Part shown: in pieces, positions 56,540 to 64,000 of the stretch
Position numbering within the stretch: position 1 is the first letter of the stretch
Layout of the letters: every line of letters begins with the position of its first letter
Assembly (NCBI GenBank): GCA_963745025.1
Contig: CAVUWD010000007.1
Coordinates: forward strand, 75,091-139,090
Source: an uncultured delta proteobacterium
GTDB lineage: Bacteria; Desulfobacterota; Binatia; JACPRU01
DNA: 64,000 nucleotides
Reading direction: 5' to 3'
Made by a program: the position numbers and the translations under genes
Notes under the pieces: generated by a model
The model's database searches: none
Told to the model about the DNA's origin: nothing
Seen by the model: only the letters and a program-made list of their open reading frames with translations

Positions 56540-56887
56540 CCAGTCAACCGCGCGGTCGTGCCAGACATCCACGGGTGCAAGACTCCACACGCCCGTGACG
56601 TCAGACGCGATCCGTGTCGGGATTGACGCCGCATGACCGAGCCGCGCCCGCGCACGCTCCAGCGCCGCACCAGAGATGTCCAACACCGCCAGACAGGTCA
56701 GGCCCCTGGCGAGCAGCTGATCCACGAGACCGGAGTCTCCCCCGCCGACGTCGAGAACGCAGGTGGTTGGCGAGAGGCCCGCCGCCTCCAGCATGTGGAG
56801 CGAAATCTCCGGCGTGGACTCGAACGAACTCACATCCCGGTCGGTCTTCGTGCCGTAGACCTTGTCCCAGTGCGCCGTTCTATCCAT
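56540..56887 (-). pseudogene. SAM-dependent methyltransferase, C-terminally truncated
   Basis: HWDKVYGTK, LDVGGGDS, LDISGAAL, DVWHDRAV and then homology ends. Confidence 0.75.
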
Positions 56888-56934
56888 CGATGCCCCGTCG
56901 GGACCCATTCAGAACTGCTCCTGCCCATATCCTG

Positions 56935-57747
56935 TCAGCGACCATCCAGAGCGGCGGTCCTGTCCGTCAGAAACGCCCGAGCCGCTCGCGCGACACACGC
57001 CAGGACCTTGACCCGGTAGTCATGCTCGCCCGTATCAAACTGATCGCCGGTGTGGTCGACGGCGTTGCTGACGAGCGCAACGACGCCCACCGCGGCCCCA
57101 CGAGCCTGCGCGAACGCGAAGAGGGACGCCGCCTGCATCTCGACAGCCAGCACGCCCCTCGTCGCCCAGTCCTGCAGCTGGGCATCCGTCTCCCGGTAGG
57201 GTGCGTCCGTCGTCCACACCAGCCCTCGCCGCACAACCCCGAGCGACTCCAGGGCAGTCGCTAGGTGTGCCGCCAGTGCCGGCGTTGGGGTCGCCAGCGT
57301 CTCCGATGGTGGCACGTAGTGCAGCGAGGTCCCTTCATCGCGGACGGCTTCGTCGGCGACAACGACACACGGGAGAGGCAACGTCGCCGAAACGCGACCG
57401 GCCGACGTCACGCCCACGATCACCTGTGCGCCGGCTGCGTGCAATTGCTCGGCGATGAGGACGGCATAGGGACCGCCGATTGTCCGGGGTACCACACCGC
57501 AGCGCACGCCTTCGATCGTCAGCCCCAACATCTGCGTGTGAAAGCAGGCCCAGGACGACACGAGGCTCACCGACGCGTCGCGCGCCAGACCAGCCGAAAG
57601 GTCTCCGTCGAAGTCGAGGACGCACACAGGTGGCACAGACGTCTCAGGCAGGCCTCTACTGCTGCGAACGACTTGCATCAGATCTTCCGGACGGAAGACC
57701 GACGCGACATCGAGAGGATGGCTCAGAAGGGGCGTCTGTTCGGACAT
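56935..57747 (-). CDS. Nucleoside phosphorylase family protein
   Basis: IGGPYAVLIAEQL, AVRDEGTSLHY, WTTDAPYRET, AVEMQAASL, VSN. Confidence 0.85.
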   Translation of the reverse strand: MSEQTPLLSHPLDVASVFRPEDLMQVVRSSRGLPETSVPPVCVLDFDGDLSAGLARDASVSLVSSWACFHTQMLGLTIEGVRCGVVPRTIGGPYAVLIAEQLHAAGAQVIVGVTSAGRVSATLPLPCVVVADEAVRDEGTSLHYVPPSETLATPTPALAAHLATALESLGVVRRGLVWTTDAPYRETDAQLQDWATRGVLAVEMQAASLFAFAQARGAAVGVVALVSNAVDHTGDQFDTGEHDYRVKVLACVARAARAFLTDRTAALDGR

Positions 57748-58128
57748 GACGGCTTACTGTAGGTCTGATTAACGATCTCCGCATGCAGCGCCGGCCACCG
57801 GCATGCGAACGGAGAGACGGCACTGGGAATACGGCAGACGTCCGGCGTCGACCGCGTCTGAAGAAGATCCGCAGCTCCACCATTCCAGGCGGTCGCTCCG
57901 CCATTATACTCTATAGGCGTTGAACGCTTGCTTTTGCTCGGCTTGCAGCCTGTGAGGGTTTCCACGACGTCCGGGTTGTCGCGCTCGACGGACGGCTGGT
58001 CAACTCGCCGTCGTCCACATGCCGCGGAGAGCGTGTTCGTGATCGTGCCGAATCTCCGGATGTTTCTTGCGAGGAGGTCTGAGATCGGGATCCGAAGTCC
58101 GGGAGTTTAGGTATCCAAAGTCGCCCGC

Positions 58129-58445
58129 TTGTTACCTATTTGCTACCTCAAATCCAGACTCTGGTCACATGCCAGATGTAAATACCTGATTTCAAAAGAG
58201 CCACCCGCCGGAATCGAACCGGCGACCTGCTGATTCCGAATCAGTCCATCTCGCCGCGGCCGGTCGAAGGGAGAATTGTGACACGTGTCACATTTCGCCT
58301 AGATGTGCCTACTCCTGACTATTCGAGGCCCAGAAAAATCAAGGGTTTTCTGGCTCCTCGTCGGGTTCGAATCCCTTCTGCTCTATTAATTCCTTCAATT
58401 AATTCACGCGCTTACGAGACAGATTGAACCACGTGGTTCAAACTG
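58129..58445. mobile_element. att scar cluster: second tRNA-Thr 3' half, arm repeats, palindromes and a further tRNA T-arm fragment
   Basis: TTGTTACCT/TTGCTACCT (58129-58148); 58199-58244 matches 33101-33143 (3 mismatches in 43 nt); GGGTTCGAATCCC at about 58363; AT-rich. Confidence 0.7.
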
Positions 58446-58633
58446 CCTAGTTTGAACGCAGCGAAAGCATATCGCGGCCGGTTGATCCCGCAGCGAGTTC
58501 AAGGCGTGCCGCGTGCGCGATCTGCGCGGCAGCTGAACGACGACACAAACTGCCCCTGCGGGGCGATTGACGCTTTTCCAGGGCGCGCTTGCCGCGTTGC
58601 CCGGTTGAACGTGAGCAGGCAGCACGAGCGCGT

Positions 58634-59077
58634 TCATGCGAGTGGTCCCCGCCGCGGCTCGCCCACGATCCTCTGGTTGTAGATGCGGCAGATCTCGTCC
58701 ATGGCGCCCGGCGCGTGCGGATCCGGCAGCTTGGAGAGAGCGGTCAGCAGCTCGTCGTGCCGCGCGGGCGACGTGACGATCAGCTGCACCGCCGGCGTCG
58801 TGCCCACGTTCACGAAGCCGTGCGTGTCGCCCTTCGCAACCGCGATCTGATCTCCGGCACCCACGTCGAACAACTCGTCGCCGATGTGGAAGCGAAGCGA
58901 TCCGGCGAGCACCAGGAAGAGCTTGTCCTCGTCGGGCGACTGGTGCGAGGGCACGCCATGGTCCGGCGGCACCGTCATGCGCATGACGGTGAACGGATCC
59001 CGGCCGCGGCCGGCGATGATGTCGATGTCGAGACGGTCGAACGTGATCGTTTCCGGTCGGATCGTGCCGCTCTTCAT
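58634..59077 (-). CDS. Cupin domain protein
   Basis: VPSHQSPDEDKLFLVLAG, GDTHGFVN. Confidence 0.8.
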   Translation of the reverse strand: MKSGTIRPETITFDRLDIDIIAGRGRDPFTVMRMTVPPDHGVPSHQSPDEDKLFLVLAGSLRFHIGDELFDVGAGDQIAVAKGDTHGFVNVGTTPAVQLIVTSPARHDELLTALSKLPDPHAPGAMDEICRIYNQRIVGEPRRGPLA

Positions 59078-59124
59078 GGAGACTCCTTTCGCTTGCCAAG
59101 TCGGGCGCGAAGATTTCGACGGCA

Positions 59125-59898
59125 TCAAAAGCCGTAGGCTTCACCGTCCGCGGGTATCAGCACCCGCTGGCTCATGCCCTTTTCAGTGACGAACTCCCGC
59201 AGCTCTCGTCTCGACAGCGTGGCGTGGTTCACCGCTTCCATGTGGCTAGCGATGATGGTCGCACGAGGAGCCGCTTCGTAGACCTCGCCGATGTCCCGCT
59301 TGCCCATGATGATCGACTCATCCGGCAGGACTTTCGCGTCGCCGCTGTTCAGCACGACGATGTCGGCATTGTGCTTCTTCAGAGTCTCATCGACGGCTTG
59401 ATACCAGACGGTGTCGCCGGCGATGTACAGCGTCTTCTCGCTCGGATGCTTGAAGACGATTCCGCTGACGATCCCCAGGATCTCGCCGATCGGCCCTTCG
59501 AGAGCCTTCCCTCGGCCGTGCTGGCCGCGGGTCTTGATCATGGTGATGCCTTCGAAGTCGTTGCATTCCTCGAGCACGCGGACGTTACGGAACCCGCCCG
59601 AGCGGATCTGGTGAGCGTCCTTGTCGTTCTGCGCGAAGAGCAGCATGTCTTTGGGCACGAGCTTCTTGGCGGCGTCATCCCAATGATCGGGATGGGTGTG
59701 GGTGACGATCACCGTATCGACATCCAAGATCTCGCTCATGGGGACGGGGAGCTCGACCGTGGGATTCGCAATGTGACTGTTCACGGTGCCTTCGAATCCG
59801 GGAAATGCACCCTTCTCGGACAACATCGGGTCGACCAGAAACCTCTTCCCGGCGAATTCGACGATGATCGTCGCGTTTCGGATCTGCTTGAATTTCAT
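59125..59898 (-). CDS. MBL-fold metallo-hydrolase
   Basis: QIRNAT, LVDPML, THTHPDHWD, YIAGDT, HMEAVNH. Confidence 0.9.
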   Translation of the reverse strand: MKFKQIRNATIIVEFAGKRFLVDPMLSEKGAFPGFEGTVNSHIANPTVELPVPMSEILDVDTVIVTHTHPDHWDDAAKKLVPKDMLLFAQNDKDAHQIRSGGFRNVRVLEECNDFEGITMIKTRGQHGRGKALEGPIGEILGIVSGIVFKHPSEKTLYIAGDTVWYQAVDETLKKHNADIVVLNSGDAKVLPDESIIMGKRDIGEVYEAAPRATIIASHMEAVNHATLSRRELREFVTEKGMSQRVLIPADGEAYGF

Positions 59899-60296
59899 GA
59901 TTCGCTCCCAGCTTTGGCCGGGGCGTAGTAGTCGTCGCTCCCGCGCGAGAACTCCACGAACGTGCAGTCCTCGTCGCCGACGGTCCACACTTCGTCTCCC
60001 GGCGGCAGGAGCATGATGTCGCCTGCCTTGAAGACTTGCTCCGAGCCGTCACGCTGACGAACGCCGAGGGCGCCTCGAAGCACGTAGCCGACGTGAGCCA
60101 GCTCGCAGAGCTCCGTGTCGATGAGTCCGGTGGCGACGGCGTCTTCGGCGACGCTCGCGCCCTTCCCGAACTTGACGAGCGTGACGCTCAGCCCGTCGAG
60201 GTTGGCGACGCGCTTCGAGATGCGGCCGATCGACACGACCTCGACGTCGTCATCTTTGAAACTCGCCTTCTGCATGCGTGGGTTGTAGGTGCCCAT
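59895..60296 (-). CDS. Cupin-like protein
   Basis: CELAHVGYVLRG, KAGDIMLLPPGDEVWTVGDE; overlaps the MBL start (ATGA). Confidence 0.75.
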   Translation of the reverse strand: MGTYNPRMQKASFKDDDVEVVSIGRISKRVANLDGLSVTLVKFGKGASVAEDAVATGLIDTELCELAHVGYVLRGALGVRQRDGSEQVFKAGDIMLLPPGDEVWTVGDEDCTFVEFSRGSDDYYAPAKAGSES

Positions 60297-60446
60297 GGCG
60301 CCCTCGTCTCACGTGAGATTTCCGTGGCACGAGCTCTTACGGCTACGAGCCGAACTCGTCCATGGACATTCTCGCCGCGACGAACTGCAGAAATGCAGGC
60401 GGAATCGGCTTGAGCGGCGACGGCGCGTTCCGTACCAAGGTCAGCT

Positions 60447-61007
60447 ATGGCCACTTACGAAATCGTTCACCGCTACGCGTTGATCGACGACCTCCTCGAA
60501 GCGCGGCGGAGCATCTTCAACAACGACGGGCCGGTCTACGCCGGTTACCGCAGCCACGCGTACCGGATCCTCAACTTCGCCCGGCAATGGATGGAGCCAA
60601 GCCCGGAGCGCGACTACAAGGTCGCGATCTGCGCCGTCTTCCACGACATCGCGGCGTGGCCGGACGGCAACCTCGACTACTTGAAGCCGTCAGCGGACGC
60701 TGCCGACGCTTACCTCGACCACATTGGACGCGGCGCCTGGAAACCCGAGATGCGGCTCATGATCGAGATGCACCACAAGATCACCGCCTACCGCGGCGAG
60801 AAGCGCGAATGGGTGGAGCCGATCCGGCGCGCCGACTGGTGCGACGTCTCGTTCACGATGTTCCGCTACGGCCTGCCGCGGAGCTTCGTCGACGAGGTGC
60901 GCCAAGCGTTCCCGCTGGGCGCGTTCTACCCGGGTCACGTCTACAAGGTGATCGGCAAGTGGATGATCCGTCACCCGCTGAACCCGGTGCCGATCATGCG
61001 CTGGTGA
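60447..61007 (+). CDS. HD-domain protein
   Basis: YRSHAYR, VFHDI, LDYLKPS, EMHHK, RRADW. Confidence 0.75.
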   Translation: MATYEIVHRYALIDDLLEARRSIFNNDGPVYAGYRSHAYRILNFARQWMEPSPERDYKVAICAVFHDIAAWPDGNLDYLKPSADAADAYLDHIGRGAWKPEMRLMIEMHHKITAYRGEKREWVEPIRRADWCDVSFTMFRYGLPRSFVDEVRQAFPLGAFYPGHVYKVIGKWMIRHPLNPVPIMRW

Positions 61008-61018
61008 AGGAGAGATGC

Positions 61019-62646
61019 ATGGCGCAAGCTCGAGATGTCGTCATCCTGAACGCCAACGTGCGTACGGTCGATCCCCGCGACTCCGTCGCAAAAGCAGTCC
61101 TGATGGGCCGCGGCAAGTTCGTGGCCGTCGGAATCGAAGCCGAAGTCCGCGCAGCCGCTTCGGCCGACGCTCAGTTCATCGACGTCGGCGGCCGTACCGT
61201 CATGCCGGGCTTCATCGACGCCCACAACCACCTGAGCATCGCCGCGTTCGCCCCCGACTCCGTCGACTGCTCGACGCCGCCGCTGTCGACGCTGGCCGAG
61301 GTTCTCGAGGCGATCGCGAAGCACTGCAAGACCGTTCCGGCCGGCCAGTGGGTCCGGGGCATGGGCTTCCACATGTTGCACATCCGCGAGCAGCGGAACC
61401 CCACGACGCTACGAGCTCGACGAGGTCGCGCCGAACAATCCGTTCTTCCTCATCGACGCGAGCTGCCATGCCGGCTACGCCAACAGCTTGGCGCTCGACG
61501 AGGTCGGCATCAGTTCGCACACGCCGCAGCCCTGGGGCGGCGAGATCGAGCAGGATGAGAAGGGCGAGCCGACGGGCACGTTGCTCGAGACGGCAGCGAA
61601 TCCTCTTCACTCGGCTTCCTGGAACGCCTATGCGGAACGCGACTGGGACCGCGCCGTGGAGCTGCTCCACGCGAAGATGAGGGAATACCTCGCCGTCGGC
61701 ATCACGGCGGTCGGTGACGCGATGGTGACGGCCAAGGCCGCCGAGCTCTACCGCCGCGCCGACGCGCAAGGAAAGCTGCCGTTCACGGTGCAGCAGCTTC
61801 ACGCCGGCGACCACTTCTTCGCCATGCAAGATCTGCGTCGCTCCGACATCGTCGATCGCATCAAGGAACCGAGCAGCGAGAGGCTGCACGGAGGTACGAT
61901 GAAGATCTTCGTCGACCGCGCGTATCCGGGCCCCGCGATCGACCGGATTCACCATGGATGCTGTAGCCACGTCGGCGCCGCGTTCTACGACAAGAACGAG
62001 ATCCGCGAGCTCGCCGTGCGCGCGAGTGAACTCGGGATCCACACGGCGATCCACGGTATGGGCAACTGCGCCGTTGACACGGTGCTCGACGCGTACGAGG
62101 CCGTGCGCCGCCAGCGGAAGTCGGACTCGGTCCTGCGCCTCGAGCACGCCTTCGTCGCAGACCCGAGGCAGGGCGCTCGGATGGCAGAGCTCGGGGTCGA
62201 CCTCGTCGCCAACCCTGGTCTGGCCTACCTCTGGGGCGAGTTCTTCGACATGTGGCGAGGTGAAGACCAGCACCACCTGCGAGTCCTCCCCGTACGCAGC
62301 ATGCTCGACGCGGGTGTCCGAGTCGAGTCTGGGCTCCGACCACCCGTGCGAAACATTCTCGCCTGCGGAGATCATCTGGACTGCCGTTGCGCGGACGACT
62401 CTTCGCAGTGCCCCGCTGGACCCCGACGAGGCCATCACGGCCGCTGAAGCGCTCCGCCTCTACACGATCAACGCCGCACACGCCTCGAACCGCGCGGCCG
62501 AGGAGGGGAGCATCGAGGTCGGCAAGCGAGCGAACCTCGTCGTCCTCGACCGCGACATCGTCGCCTGCCCGACCGACGAGATCCGGCGGGCGCAGGTGGA
62601 CATGACTTACGTCGACGGCGAGCTAGTTCACGAGCGCGCCAACTGA
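61019..62646 (+). CDS. Amidohydrolase 3 (YtcJ-like), frameshifts near 61405 and 62325
   Basis: VMPGFIDAHNH, HAGYANSLAL, AIHGMGN, RLEHA, GSDHP, YTINAA, GSIEVGKRANLVVLD. Confidence 0.88.
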
Positions 62647-62752
62647 CCCGAGATCACGGGTCGCCTCCACGCTGACGTTTGCGGTTTGGCCCGGGGCCAC
62701 GTGACTCAGCAGGCCGAACACGGCAGGCGAGGAGACCTTTTCCGCGAGACCA

Positions 62753-63661
62753 CTACCTTCTTCGATGGCGCCGTCTCTCCGATGGAGCGGGCTCGCCGCC
62801 GAGGCCACTGAAGAGGTGGGCATCGGCCGTGAAGCGCTCGACGAGCCAGTCGCCGACGACCGCGACCCGGGCGGATTCGCGCGCCTCGGGGTGGATGAGT
62901 AGCCACTCGTCGCGCGAGAGCATGGGACCGCCCGGCGCAGATCGGCGGAGCTCCGGATGCGTGTCCCCGATCAAGCAGGGCAGAATGCCGCGCCCGATCC
63001 CGCTCGCCACCGCGCCGCAGAGCGTCCGTATCCCGCTATCGCGGAGGCGAATGCGGCCACCCTCCATGTGGGTCTCGAGCCATCGCATCTCCGGAAGGTG
63101 CGCGAGATCCTCGTTGTAAGCCACCCAGTCGTCGCGGCCGGTGACGACTCCCGGCCGCGCCGATTCGTAGACGGCGAAGCCGATGACGGCGAGCTTGCGG
63201 ATGATGAAGTCGCCGCTCTCCGGGCGCGACGCGCGGATCGCGATGTCGGCCTCGTGGCGCGCGATGTTCAGGTTCGCGTCGCTGTCCACCAGGTCGATCA
63301 CGAGGTCCGGGTGCCGGGCGTAAAGATCCGGCAAGCGGTGGATCAGGTACTCGGAGTTGATCGCCGCGACCGACGTGAGGCGCACCACGCCGCTCACGGT
63401 CTGCGTCTCCACTTCGGCGGAGCGCACGATGCCCGCGACGTCCTCTTCGATGCGCTCGGCTCGCTCCACCGCACCGAGGCCGAAGGAGGTGAGCCGCCAT
63501 CGGCCCTCGCTCCGCTCGAAGAGAATGGCGCCGAGCGATTCCTCGAGCGCGCGCAGGCGGCGGGCGACGGTGGTCTGATCGACGCCCAGGCGGCGCGATG
63601 CGGCAGCCAAGGTCTTCTCGCGTGCGAGGACGACCAAAACCCGCAGGTCGTCCCAGTTCAC
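62753..63661 (-). CDS. LysR-family transcriptional regulator
   Basis: NWDDLRVL...AASRRLGVDQTTVARRLRALEESLGAILFER, EADIAIR. Confidence 0.92.
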   Translation of the reverse strand: MNWDDLRVLVVLAREKTLAAASRRLGVDQTTVARRLRALEESLGAILFERSEGRWRLTSFGLGAVERAERIEEDVAGIVRSAEVETQTVSGVVRLTSVAAINSEYLIHRLPDLYARHPDLVIDLVDSDANLNIARHEADIAIRASRPESGDFIIRKLAVIGFAVYESARPGVVTGRDDWVAYNEDLAHLPEMRWLETHMEGGRIRLRDSGIRTLCGAVASGIGRGILPCLIGDTHPELRRSAPGGPMLSRDEWLLIHPEARESARVAVVGDWLVERFTADAHLFSGLGGEPAPSERRRHRRR

Positions 63662-64000
63662 AGGAGCTGGCTCCGGCCGTCGCGGCGCCGCATCTCCATG
63701 GAGCTCACGGGCGAAAGGATGTCTCGTTTCGCCGCACGGTTGCCCCCAGCCGCCCCGGGGCAACTTTGGCAAACCGAACCGTGCCTTCTCGAAGTGTGGG
63801 AAGATGTGCTACCAGGATCCGACACGGTTCGATTTCCGACGGGGTATGGACTGCATTCAGCGGGGCTTGCCGGATCGCAGGTTCGCGTGAAGCGGGCGGC
63901 GTGATTGCGGGTCGAAATGGCAGTGATCTACCACTGAAAGGGGCCACCGCGAAGTGTTGTCCCATTGTGCCCTCATACCCTGCGCGCCCAGCGTCGATAG

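Overview
GC-rich bacterial window, probably from a long-read metagenome assembly, because even the essential gltX and pgi carry single-base frameshifts. The repeated zinc-ribbon/cyclase/AAA/TPR genes and a small 'WYL...CIASDDPRL' protein suggest Candidatus Binatia or a relative (inference). A small core hub (tRNA-Glu/tRNA-Lys on -, then gltX, tRNA-Gln, tRNA-Glu on +; 51.1-55.0 kb) has accessory DNA accreted on both sides. The left part holds catabolic genes: two molybdopterin oxidoreductase loci (one an ethylbenzene-dehydrogenase-like beta/alpha pair with no Tat signal or gamma subunit), a Baeyer-Villiger monooxygenase, a GH94 beta-1,2-oligoglucan phosphorylase with an unclassified six-hairpin glycosidase, and a pentose-phosphate cluster whose genes have been telescoped by deletions. 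From about 28 to 64 kb the DNA is a mosaic of single cargo genes among recombinase relics, tRNA-Thr att scars with arm-type repeats, an 88-bp direct repeat around sulP, attC-like half-sites and long palindromes. The best candidates for an undescribed system are (i) integrase-less, att/arm-bounded cargo modules and (ii) head-to-tail, translationally coupled cyclase-STAND-TPR genes whose downstream copies are collapsed. No CRISPR array or rRNA was seen. Family names come from motif recognition, not database searches.
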